Assembly (NCBI RefSeq): GCF_009914755.1
Contig: NC_060940.1
DNA: 64,000 nucleotides
From: the human T2T-CHM13v2.0 reference genome, Homo sapiens
Reading direction: 5' to 3' (one strand)
Below are positions 43,153-56,615 of this stretch, one piece after another. A model generated the notes under the pieces. The model saw nothing but the letters and a program-made list of their open reading frames with translations, had not been told where the DNA came from and did no database searches. Both the position numbers and the translations under genes were made by a program. Every line of letters starts with the position of its first letter. Positions within the stretch are counted from its first letter, which is position 1.

Positions 43153-44242
43153 CAACAAAAAATATATTTAAGGCACCACATTAGATACTATACGTTTAAA
43201 ATTGTAAACCTATCACTCTGGGACTCCACACTCCTGAAACTTTCTGAGTAATGAATAATCACAAAGAACCCAAAGAACTGCAAGAAAAGATTTGTTGAAT
43301 TCAGTATCTGGCATTTATCTTTTTTAACAAACAAGGAAAGTATTCCTCTTAGTGGAAATAGAAGCCTAAGGAGTACGGCCATAATATAGCAAGAATCTTG
43401 GAATAGGCAGAGATGAGAAGTCCTTTTATAGCTACTGAAGACATCTGATGATGAAGTAGACAGGCTCTAAGAAAAAATGGCTTCTTTTTTATAGGATATC
43501 TCAGCTGGTAATAAAATGTTTTCTATATATGAATAAACAACAACAAATGGGGAACACAAGGTCCATTAAAAATTCGACACTTCCTTAATAACTGCCTATT
43601 GAAGATACTTAAATATGGATATTATATTGATTAGCCCTTATATAACATAGATGATAAAAAGCAATTGCATGTTCCTCAAGGCATCCAAAATCTGAAATTT
43701 ACAGTTGCATGGTGAAGGGCAGACATTTCTTGTACTTGAAACAAAGTCTTGTTATGAGGGTAAGAAAGGCAGTTATCTGAGAATTAGAGTTTTATTTTTG
43801 CATTTCCCATTTATTCTACTTTATTTTTGGAGTGAATACTTTAAAAAGTGATACTGCAATTTATCATTTATAATGTGTCAGGCGCTCTTTTGTATGTTAA
43901 TTATTATTCTTACTTAGTTTAGGAAAAATGATGCTACCTATGGTTCAAGTTATAGGAATTCTCTGAGTTGGTTTATGAATACAAATGGATAAAAATATTA
44001 GTTTGCTTCTGCATTTTTTATTATTTATTATATAAGAGGAAGCAAAGTATATTGGTTAAGAGTATAGGCCCTGGAGTTAGCCTTTCTGGGTTGGAATCTT
44101 GTCTCTACCAATTACTCAGGCAAGCTACTTAATCTACTGTGGAAGATCAAAGATGGTTGCAAATTCTCTTTCCCTCCCCTCCAACTTGGAACAAATCTTT
44201 TGACCGGTAGAACACAGCAGAAGTGACACAGTGCCCGTTTCT

Positions 44243-44895
44243 TTTTAAGTTTTATTTTAAATTGCATAGATTTGTGAGGTTCAATGTAATGTTATGATAT
44301 GTGTACATAAAGTGGAATAATTAAAGCTAATTAACATATTTATAACCTCCATAGTTATCAATTTGTAATTGCATCAGACCAATCTGGTTCAACTTTTACA
44401 TAACAAAGTTGTGGGCTATTTTTCAGTTGCCATGGACCTCTAGGTTAAAGGTCACATAATCTGAACATGCCAGGATGAACCAAGCATGTGATCATGCGGG
44501 GGGGATCTAAGCACTTGGACCCAGGAATGGGGGCTGAATTAAGATGTATTCACTACATGGCAGGATCCAGGATTCAATCGGATTGCACCCTGGCATCATC
44601 CTGTGGCGGGATCCGGTCAGATCTTGCTTTCCAGCACACCTCACTGCAAGAGCCAATCAGATCACATCTCATTACCCTACTCTTACAAAACCCGACCCAA
44701 ACCCCAGTGCAAGGAGACAGATTTGAGTGTTTCCTTCTTTCTCCTTGCTGGTTGACTCACAATAAGGCTTTTCTTTTCTCAAGAGCTGGTGCCATGGTAT
44801 TGGCCTCTCTGTGCATTGGGAAGAAAGCCTGTTGATTGATTGGTAGCAAATTTTGTGGTGAGAACATTTATTTGTACTCCCATGTTGCTTGCAGT
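44243..44895 (-). mobile_element. Short L1MA 3' end (interrupted by LTR47)
   Basis: Antisense L1MA tail. TSD-like gtgcccgtttct / gtgccagtttct. Confidence 0.65.
44364..44848 (+). mobile_element. LTR47-family solo LTR
   Basis: tgtaattgcatcagaccaatctggttcaactttt...gatgaaccaagcatg...tggtagca; TG...CA termini flanked by aatt. Confidence 0.75.
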
Positions 44896-45704
44896 GGTGC
44901 CAGTTTCTAGGTCCATGCTTTAAGGACAGACAACTTACACTTCTTTATTTTGGAACCTCTCTCTGAGATTCTTGAGCTACTGTGTAAGACATTAAACCAT
45001 CTGAGACCACCACATTGGAGACAGCATGTGTATGTGCTCTGGTTGGCAACCCCAAATAAGCCCAGCCTTCCAACCATTCTTACCAATGTATCAGATGAGT
45101 GAGTAAAGCTGCTTTGGATTTCCTAGACCCACCCATCCTTCAGCTGAATACAACAAGTGATCTCCATCAATGTCATGAGGAACAGAATTATTCAACCCAG
45201 ACTTGCCTGAATTCCTGATTCCCACAATCATGAAGTTTAATAAAATAGATGGTTTTATAAGTCACCGTATTTGGAGCAATTATAATAGTTTCTACATTGT
45301 GGATTTTTTCTGAGAATGGAATGAGATACGATATGTAGTGCACTTAAAAGTGTCTGATACATATTATGTATCAAACATTAGCTACCTTAATAGTTAATAT
45401 TTTTCTCTACATCTTACTCAAGGACTTAGTAAGCAAAGAATGGCTGTGATCTAGTAAACCTAGAAGTTCTTGGATCTTGTGCTAATTCTAATGCAATTTT
45501 CTAATGTCTTGGTCTCAATCTTATGTGTAACTACATTGATTTCCCTACTAGCAAGCAGACTCAATGTCTTAGTTTGGATTCCCCTAGAAATAGAAACTGA
45601 ATAAAGATGTAAATGCAAGGACTTTACTTAAAAGGTGAGAGAAACACTGGTGTGGGAGTTGGAAAGTGAGGTAGAGAAGGGGAGGCGCTTAAAGATGCCT
45701 TATC

Positions 45705-46602
45705 CACAAAGAGATACCATCTCACACCAGTCAGAATGGCTATTATTAAAAAGTCACAAAATAGCAGATGTTGGCAAGGTTGCAGAGAAAAGGGAATGCT
45801 TTAACACTGTCAGTGGGAATGCAAATTAGTTCAGCCATTGTGGAAAGCACTGTGGTGATTTCTTAAAGAACTTAAAACAGAATTACTATTTGACCCAACA
45901 ATCCCATTATTGGGTATATACCCCAAGGGATATGGATATCAATTATTCTACCATAAAGACACATATGTTAATCACAACACTATTCACAATAGCAAAGATA
46001 CATAATCAATCTAAATGCCCATCAACAGTAGACTGAATAAAGACAATGTGGTACATATACACCATGGAACACTATGCAGCCATAACAAAGAAGAGATCGT
46101 GTCCTTTGCAGCAACATAGTTGAAGCTGGAGGCCAATATTCTAAGCAAACTAATGCAGAAGCAGAAAGCTAAATACTGCATATTCTCACTTATAAGTGAG
46201 AACTAAACAATGAGAACACGTGGATATAAAGAGAGGAACAGCTTTGCCCAGTGGCGGCATTGTAGCCAATGAGGTTTACCTGAAGTACAATTATTGCTAA
46301 TTGAAAACTTTTCCCAATACCCCTCCATGACGACTTGAAATATAGTCAGCACTGGCAATTTTTGACCGTCTCTACAGAGACTGAAAAGAAAAAAAAAAAA
46401 GAGGAGAACAGCAGACACCAGGGCCTACTTGAGGATGGAGGGTAGGAGAAGGGAGAGGATTAAAAAAACTACCTCTTCGGTGCTAAACTTATTACCTGAG
46501 TGATCAAATAATCTACACACCAAACTCCTGTGGCACACAGTTTACCTATATAACAGACCTGTACATGTACCCCTGGACCTAAAATAAAAGTTAAAAAAAA
46601 AA
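45705..46602 (+). mobile_element. L1PA15/16-like 5'-truncated element
   Basis: ORF2 end and 3'UTR ...acctaaaataaaagttaaaa. Perfect 14-bp TSD aaagatgccttatc (45691-45704 / 46603-46616). Confidence 0.88.
46240..46384 (+). pseudogene. U4 snRNA processed pseudogene (RNU4-type), full length
   Basis: agctttgcccagtggcggcattgtagccaatgagg...attattgctaattgaaaacttttcccaataccc...aatttttgac (Sm site)...tctctacagagactga, then polyA. TSD-like aaagagaggaac / aaagaggagaac. Confidence 0.95.
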
Positions 46603-49466
46603 AAAGATGCCTTATCAAACCACTTCCCATGGGTAAATAGAGCTTAATTCTAATAGGAAACTCTGGGCGTCAGTGTAAAACTTGTGCCTCTGAATGATCT
46701 CACCCAAGGGGCAAGGTAGCCAAGCCATTAATACACCAATTCTGATCATTGATTGGGGCTGCCAGGACGAGGTATGCTGAATACAAGACACTTGTAAAGT
46801 GACCTTCCAGTTAAACAGCCACGTGGGCTCCGGTGGCAAAAAACACCCCCAGGAACTGAAATGCTGGTGCTATCTATCAGTCTGCAGTAGTGAGTAAGAG
46901 TGTAGGTGGGGGTGCAAAGTCATATGCTGTGGTCAGTGAAATGAGAAATGCCTGATTGTTCATCTGCCTAGCGTCCCCGTGTCGAGATCTTCCACCCAGT
47001 GCAACACAGATCACTTTTATTCCTGAGTGACTACTCATTGAAACTGTTCATGACGAGAATCTGACCTTGGCAAATTAAATCACTGCCGCCCATATTTTTA
47101 GTGATATCTAATGAGACTTGTAATTAATCCTGAGCTTAGATTCCTTGAGAGACCTACAAGTCTCCAGACTCTCTTAACACATCCAAAAGTGCTGGCACTT
47201 CACAAAATCCCCAAAGCTTGGAGAATTCACTTAGAGTGCGGATGTTCCTGCCACCCACTGACATCCAAAGTGATTAACTTCCAGAGGTGGCATTGTTTGA
47301 AATCATCGATTTAACTGTCCACTGCAAAGGGACTTGCCTTTTCTCTGTTGAAGTGTTTTTATTTAAAAGGACTTGGCTTTCTATAGATGAGTGAAGAAAT
47401 CTTTCACACTACAGAACTTGAGTTATTGAATGATATCAACCATTTCAGTCTCCTTTTTGTTAAAAAAAAATAAGGCGGGGGAGGGGTAAAACTATTGTGT
47501 ATATTTACATGTTAAAGTGTGCAATCATGTTATTATCTGAAACTAATACCATGCTGTTAAAATTTAAATAAAGTGTCCTGAATGCATACAAAATGTTCAT
47601 TTGCTGAAGGCCATTAAGTTAATTTCCTGGCAACAAGATTAAATGCAAGGCATTTACATAATCATTAGTCGTGAGGTGTAGAAAAGATAATTAAATATTC
47701 CACCACATTAATTTATATTTAATTAACTGTGCTTTAGTGATCCTTCTGTCTGAATATTAATATTGTGTAAATAAACAATTAGAATGCATACTGATTTTAT
47801 TAAAGGCTTATTCTTAAAATTATGTAGAAGATGCAATTATTAATTTAATTGTATCTTATTCTGAAACCTAATCATGTTAATAGAGTCTAAAAAGGTCTAT
47901 CACTAGCCTCAGTGATGACATTTTCACATTTTATATTTCCAACTACAATGTAGCTTATAGACTTTAAAATATGTTCATTTAGTTCACCCTAACAGTTAAT
48001 TGCTTTCCTAGTAAGTCCATTCTACGGTTCCTTTAAGTCAGTACTGACACTGTACCTTTAAAAAAAGAGAATTATTATGATACAGTAAGCCCATCATCTG
48101 TGGCCACACTCACTTGGGACGTGATATTTCTGGGAAATGACTACATCATATAGAAAGGAGCAAAAATGTAGCAATTTTAAATAAGATCAACCGGGTAGAA
48201 ACTATAGCCAATGAAAAGTCTACTAGTAGGTAAGATTTCTGAGAGTTTTAAAAGTTCTTTTTTTAAATGTAATGTTAGGGAAATTCTTGCAAAGGTAATC
48301 AGACATTACTAGAAGCAAGAATCTACTCATAAGAATTTTCTAGACTCAGATGCCAGACATTTGTGGAGAGCTTAGATGGTAGTAAAGCGAAATCTGGACA
48401 ATACATTCACTATATCTTAAGGATTCTTGCCTTTATCTGCGTGGACCATTTGGGAGCCAGTAAGTGAAAATATCTAAGTCTTCATTAAACATTATTTAAT
48501 AGGAAAAGAAACAAAATACCATACGGAAAGAAAATAAAAGAGTCAGTGATTTTTCTGAATCATGAGAGTGTAACTTAGCTAAAATACAAAGTTACATTAA
48601 AATATCTCTATGAAGCAGTTGTATTTTCCTAACAGGAGAAGTTATTTCATATTAAATTGTAACATCTCCAGTAAAAATGTTTGTGCTTTTCACATATAAT
48701 ATTTATTTGGGCAAACAATTCAATACCGATTTTAACTGTCTAAATGGAATTTTTAGGGAAAATGATGTGTGGCAGTAGCACATATTTCCTAATGGAAACA
48801 TTTATTTCTTAAATTATAGATGGGGGAATAATAAAGTTGCTTTTATTTCTTTTCAAGGCTGTTGGGACTTTAATACTTAAAGTATGATATGGTTAGTGTT
48901 CCCCTGGGCTGGGCAAAATGTATTCCCTTCTGGTTTGTGAAAATAACTGTTCTATAGGTTGGAAATAATTTCTGTTTGTGTGATAAATTCATACTTCCAT
49001 ACTTTTCAACCCAAAATATGCCAACCATTATGCTAGTGCCACTTTCACAGGTTAAGTTCTGAACTACTTGAGACAACCTGTAACTCGTAAGTCTAAGAGC
49101 GATTTTCCAGCCAATATCTTCTGACTTTGTTTTTGCCCCCTCTTCCAATCCTGTCCATGTTAGAATCACACTGCTGACCTCTCTGACAAAGCTTCAGTAT
49201 CACTCTAGACATTTGGATTTATAGCTCATCCAGGTAACCATGCTGTTTGCTCATTCATTCAACAAACATCTTTTAAAACCCACTTTTCTGGTTTCTGCCA
49301 CTACCAAGATAATTAGACAACTTCCTGACTTCAGAAAGCATTTATAAATCCTAGTGGAGGGATGTTATATAATACACAGGTAAACAAATAAATATTTATA
49401 GATCCTTTTTCTGAGTAACTAAACAAGACTGTCCAGTGTTGGAGGCTGAATACAATAGTTTAGGTT

Positions 49467-49820
<354 letters not shown>

Positions 49821-52216
49821 CTAAGCCTCCAACTTCATTGAGGGATAAAACCTATATTGCCAAGCAAGACTCGAAACCAGAAATTATAGGAAACATGTTA
49901 TTTGATTCTTAGTCATGGAATGTTTCACTGTTGTGATTGATGAATCACTGCCCACAGCTCTTGGGACAGGTGTTCCCTATTCTCTCTGTAATGCTCTAAA
50001 ACCCCACGGAATGCACAGATCATCACATATAAATAATTCAAAAACAAGTCTCAGTAAATGCTTCTTCTTTCTTCTGTTTGAAATGTTAATTTCCTTTTTG
50101 AAGTTTTTCCCACTTGATAGCAGGACGCAGTTTTGCTTGTTTTATTGCCAAAGATAGACTGGTAGAACTGTGTGAATGCCTTCTGTGCTACAGAGAATGG
50201 GATTTCCAAATTAAAAAAAACAAAACAAAAAACCATATCCATTGTAGCCAGGTTTTTCAACCTTCTTTTTTATCCTTTAAAAATTGGATGTTTTTGACAA
50301 GATCTAAATTCAGCTTCATTGCAAATAAAATTATATTTCTTGTAGAAAAATTATATCCCCAAACTCTCACATAGGTATTTGCCATGCATGTATAGTATCT
50401 ATTTTATTTTGTTTATATAATCTTACACATTTATGTTAAATATCTCTATATGTCTTCATTCAAATCTTTATTATTATATTCGTGAAATCCTTTAGATTAA
50501 AAAGAGGGGGCTTTTTAAAACATTAAAAACCAAAGATAAAATAAGAAATCTCAAGCTCTGCACCTTTCTTTGGCACTAATGGTAGAACACTTCCTAGCAG
50601 AATGTCGATGTTATAACAATTATGCAGTTCTGGCAAGCATAAGGAATACAACTTTTAATTTAATCACTAATTTTGGTAATTTACCCAAGAGGTACGAATG
50701 GCTGTATTGTATTTGAAATCTTCTAGAAAATTGATCGTCTCATCTTTTTCTTAGAGATATTTATCCTGTCCAAATTTGCTTCAGAGTATGATTGAGTTGA
50801 GATCCACCAGGGAGTCAGTGTTAAAATAAATAATGGAGACAGTGAGAAGTAGTAAGTAAGAGTGTGGGTTTAGATGTATGTTTCAATTTAATGCTCAAGT
50901 GTGGATGCACCGCACACTCACAGGATGAACAGGACCTCTCTGAAAGCTAAAAGGGCCACTTGGCTCCTAGTAAGACAATAATTGATAATATGGAACTCTG
51001 AGAGGATGCTAGTGTCACCATATGAAAGAACCTTGACTTTGGAGAAGGTGAAATTAGAAGGTGAGGATTTGCATCCCAGCTCTACCACATACCAGCTGTG
51101 CACCATTGGACACTTTCTTTCAACTATTTGAGATAAATTGGGTATAAAATAAGAAAAAATTACCTATGTAATCAAATATTAAACTATTGATATTTGATTA
51201 ATATTAATAAAATATTATGTGCATGACAGTCACTAGACAAATTAGTTAAAAATCCCAGATTCCACATTGCACTTCCTAAACTTTCTGATCCTCAGAATCT
51301 CAATTTTCAAAAATTACCCAGGCAATGATGATACAACAAGTCCACTGTCCACTTTCTGGCAATTTTATGGTCTTGGTGATTGTTTTTAGCTTATCAAGTG
51401 AGACAAAGTTATCAAAATATCTTGTTGCTTTGCAACTTGCTAAGCCTGTTTTGTGGCAATGTTTTGATTTCTTTTATTTTCCTGATTTTCTGACAATGAA
51501 TTCAAGCAACTTGAGCAAGTAGTTTCACCTTTGTGGCTCAGTTTACATAGTGATAAAATGAGTAGGTTGAGCTAGTTCAACAGTTTTATATCAAGCTAAG
51601 TTTTTAGGTTTTATATCAAGTTTATATCAAGCTAAGTTTTTGGGTTTTTTTTAATCCCCATGTTTGATTATCGCATTAAGTTGTTGATGCTGTATTTATG
51701 TAAAACTCCATGTTTATGTGTGTATATGTTACTATCATGATAGTGGGATCACTTTTGGAATCTTTCCAGAATTGTAGATAATAGAATTAATTTTCTGTCA
51801 AAAAAGTTTAACCAAAATTTCTTTAACAATTGAAGTAGAAAATGCTGAGGTTATGATTTTCTCTTGTATAATTAGGGGAAAATGAAGGGAAAGACCAATT
51901 TTCCAAATGACTTCAATTTGAATAGGAAACAGAAGTCTGAGTAAATGGCAATTCTTTCTACATGGAATTTCCTTGTGTAAATAAAAATCTGGCACTAATT
52001 TTAGTCTGCTGTCTATTTGATTTACTTGCTCCCTATATGGTAAAATAAGTAACAAATCAATGAACTGTAAAACATGTTTAATTTTACATGGGAAGGGGAA
52101 TGCATGGAAGATTTCACAAAGGATTTATCATCTACAAAATGTTTTGAAGAATGAGTAGACATTCCACTGTACATTTTTGACCCATTCAGAGGCTCCTTGT
52201 TTCAAAGACAATGCAG

Positions 52217-52517
52217 GGCCGGTTGCAGTGGCTCACACCTGTAATCCTAGAACTTTGGGCAGCCGAGGCAGGTGGATCACTTGATGCCAGGAGTTTAAGA
52301 CCAGCCTGGCCAACATGGTGAAACCCCATCTCTACCAAAAGTACAATAATTAGCCAGGTGTGGTGGCGCATGCCTGTAGTCCCACTACTTGAGAGGTTGA
52401 GGCAGGAGAATCTCTTGAACCCGGGAGGCAGAGGATGCAGTGAGCTGAGATTGTGCCACTGCGCTCCAGCCTGGCTGACAGAGTGAGAACCTGCCTGAAA
52501 AAAAAAAAAGAAAAAAA
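52217..52517 (+). mobile_element. AluS
   Basis: Full Alu. TSD aaagacaatgcag (52204-52216 / 52518-52530). Confidence 0.94.
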
Positions 52518-53619
52518 AAAGACAATGCAGGAAAAGTTTGGAAGAATCATTCTGGTAATATTTTTTTTTCTGTTTTTCCATAGGTTAGCATGACTATTTC
52601 CAGAAAAGAAACCTCAGATAAAACCATATCTTAATGTTATTTTCCAACTACCTAATGATGCCACAGTGAGATTATCTCCTAGTAAGATTATTCTCTGTAC
52701 CAATTTTTCCGTGCCAAGTTATCTATGGAGATTATTGTAATTAGCCAAGGATGTGGAAAGATGCATACTGAGCCATAAATGAAAAGAAAAGGAATTATCT
52801 ACTAAGTGGTAACTTCTTGTTTAAGGGTCCTAAAATTTTGATGTTTTTAAATTTCACATAGACTCCATATCCCAGTTTGCCTATTAATGAGGATAAGATA
52901 CATTTTATAAAATTTCCTTAAATTCTCCTGGGATGTCAATGCAGCCTGCACTCTGAGGTCAAGTTTCTTCCATTAGGAAGGTGTTAATTTGGATAAAGTT
53001 AAACTATTTAAATGTCCACAGAGATTTGATGAAACTAATTGAGTTCAAAATATATTACAAATGTTGAGTGATTATATTATTATAGTAACATATTCATGCA
53101 CACATAAGAACAATAACAATAAAATGAAACAAATGGCAAAATGAGGATTGTACCCAAGTCGCCTGGCCTTCTGACTTAAAGGAAGATGTTTTTGACATTT
53201 AATTTTAATTTTGCTTTAAGTTTAGTGCGTATTTACTATGATAAAGAGATGACAAGGCTGTAGGGTGTAGTAGCATGACATTATAATTGATCTTTTTTCC
53301 TAGAAAGCATAGGTTAGTTGGAAATTGATATATGCATAATTTTCAATGAATGAAGGTGTTCATGGAAATAGATCTAAAATAATTGCTGAAAAGAAAACCC
53401 CTCATGGTTCCAATCGTGTCAGTTTACTATTCTGATATACTGCTGTCTTCCACATTGTCTCCCTCTGAACATATTTGAACTATATATTTTGTATAGCTGG
53501 TAAATTTGGAAACCCATTCTCATTTAGCTCTAAATAATTTGGAAAAGCAAGTTGTTTAGCTATGGGTAGTGGAGAGGCGTTAAGGTGGGAAAAAAACCCT
53601 GATTTAGATAGAATTGGAA

Positions 53620-53657
53620 TAAATCCTCACCTTTGTCCTAAATCCTCACCTTTGTCC
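53620..53657. repeat. 2 x 19-bp perfect tandem duplication
   Basis: taaatcctcacctttgtcc occurs twice. Confidence 0.9.
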
Positions 53658-53684
53658 TAAACCTTTGAATTCGTTGATTCACAC

Positions 53685-53832
53685 TCTTTCCTCCTTGCTC
53701 CTTTTTTTCTTCTTACTTTACCTCTTTTTCTTTCTCCCTCCTCCCTTCCCATATCCCTCCTTCTTTCCTCCATTCAACCTTCCCTCCCCCTTTACTTTCT
53801 TCTTTTTACTTTCTCTGTCAATCTTTCTCTCT
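53685..53832. repeat. CT-rich low-complexity tract
   Basis: About 150 nt that is nearly pure pyrimidine on the + strand. Confidence 0.85.
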
Positions 53833-54257
53833 TGTTTTAAAAACTAATTTAGTGTGTGACACTTCACTCTGTCTTACACCCACTGGGTGTTTACGTTGGG
53901 ATTGGTTTGCAGATGGGGTGTGTGTGGGCAATAGTGAATAGTGATTAAACCATCTCTGTTGTTTTTCTCAGATCTCACTCTGTGAACTGGCTATTTCATT
54001 TCTGTGATGGTTCAGATGTTCTGATTGTATTGAATAATGCAATTATTTCTCATATGTTTATTCTTTTAGCCAAGCATTCATCTAAATATTGATGATACTA
54101 AAAACTGAGTATGTGTTTATTTACTTATTCATTCATTCATGAATTCATAATAGGCAGAGGGTTCAGCACTGAGGATATAATTGAAAAGCCATTGTCCACA
54201 CCTACAAAAAACTTAGACTCTACTAGAAGAGAGTATCACATAAGCAGGAAATTATAA

Positions 54258-54687
<430 letters not shown>

Positions 54688-55436
54688 AGGAAACACTATT
54701 TCTAACAGATATTTCATATTCAGCCTGACTTCCATCTGAAGGTGATATCAAAGTTAACACATGGTAAATGAGTTGATGTCTTAGTCCATAGTCTCTAGAA
54801 AAAAAGAACTTGAAGCAAACCTAAAACTTTACCCCTGGAAAACATGAATGAGGGAGAAAGGGAAGTAAGCAAAAAGAAGTCAGGAAGAAAATGCAGAGGG
54901 GTGTGTAGCTTAACAAGAAAACCCAGTAGGTCACTTAGTGAGGTTGGAGGTAGGTGGGAGCTACATGGAACTTCTACACCTCCCATTCTCATCTCTGCTC
55001 TCTTACTGAGCAAAGCTTGCTTTATGGGTCAAGTCCACCGCACTTCTGGGTTATGTTATCTAGCACCTCTGGGCAGATGCAGAGCCTTCATGGGTATAGT
55101 TGTGACTGCCCAGGGCACTAGATTGGCCATTGCTAGGCATTGACAGCCTTCCCAAATCCAGAGTCCTCAAAAGAGGCTGAGAAAACTGCAACTTTCAAGA
55201 GACGAAACAATGGCTTTGACTTTGGGGCCAGGGAAAGAGTATGAGGTATTACTGGTCACCTCTAGCACAATAGTAGCACAATTGGCAAAGGCCAGTTGGC
55301 GGGCAGGCCTGAATGACTCTTAGGAAGTGCACACATTGGTTCTAAGGCAGAGAATCCAGGCAGAGGCAAATGTGGAGTGGGGAACATTATACTTCATTTT
55401 TACTGTTTCCTTGTAGTCTCATAAATGTCTACATAT

Positions 55437-55800
<364 letters not shown>

Positions 55801-56131
55801 CTACAGGGAATTATATGCCAATTTGTACTTTTTCTTGAAGAAATTGGGAAACCATTGTAGTACATGGTAAGCATTTACAATTTAAAATATTTATAAAACA
55901 ATATGTCTAACTCCAATAAATTAGTTCTAATTCAACCTTTATATCATCACATGTACTGGGCTCTAGATGCCAGTTAAAACCTGTACATGAATCATCACCA
56001 CAAAAACACTAATGATAAAAAACACCAATATTAATTTTTACTGTATTACCTTTTATAGATGTATCCTCATATGTATAATGAGGATATTAGCAATGTCTTC
56101 CATGGAGCTATGGTGTGAAGGATTTACCCAC

Positions 56132-56615
56132 CATTAAGGAATTATTCAATGATGCTTGTGAAAGCACAGTAAAGAAAAACCTTATTCAGCCCCATCGTGG
56201 TACACATGGGACCATGGTAATGGGTTTTTCCAGTGGGGGAGCAATTGGGCTCAACTCCAAACATAGCATGGGCAAGTAGAAATGTATAGCCAAGGAGCAG
56301 GGTGAGGGTCAGTAATTGGAAAATGACTAAAAGGAAATATCAGAGCTAAGGGGGATTCTGGCTAAACCAACCTAACAGGATTCTAGCTGAAGACAAGCCA
56401 GGGTGATCAGACATCATCTGAGGGGTGGTGAAGGATGAGGCACCTGATCAGATATCAAGGGTGGTCAGATACCCAAGGTGAGGAGTTCTTGCTAAAATGA
56501 TTTGTCAGGGCTCTTTATCTAAACTGGATTTTACAAGGAAATGCACAGATAAGCCTAGGTGAAGATTTGATCTAAGGTTTTGACTGAAGTTTGGCCAAGC
56601 GAAGAATCTTTGTTA
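56132..56615 (-). mobile_element. MER31A-like solo LTR
   Basis: gggctcaactcc...gggggattctggctaaacc...cctgatcagatatcaagggtg...aaactggattttacaaggaa...gaatctttgtta. Confidence 0.82.

Larger units (their letters stand above)
44138..45290 (+). mobile_element. MLT1F/G/H-like LTR (interrupted)
   Basis: tgtggaagatcaaagatggttgcaaattc...agcagaagtgaca | ...cctgaattcctgattcccacaatcatga...aataaaa...ggttttataagtcac. Confidence 0.7.
44040..45385 (+). mobile_element. MIR split by a nested MLT1 > L1MA > LTR47 stack
   Basis: MIR head 44040-44137 (ttggttaagagtataggccctggagttag) and MIR tail ~45295-45385. Confidence 0.6.
45565..46920 (-). mobile_element. LTR16-like ERVL LTR (interrupted by L1)
   Basis: tgtcttagtttggattcccctagaa...gggagttggaaagtgagg, resuming after the L1 TSD at 46617; 3' boundary approximate. 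Confidence 0.55.

Noticed and set aside
47278-47294. CTCF-like ttccagaggtggca (and a similar site at ~6652-6668)
   Set aside because: Mismatches at core positions; not supportable without a PWM score or ChIP data.
51169-51200. 11-bp AT-rich inverted repeat taatcaaatat / atatttgatta
   Set aside because: Short and very AT-rich; compatible with chance or trivial template switching.
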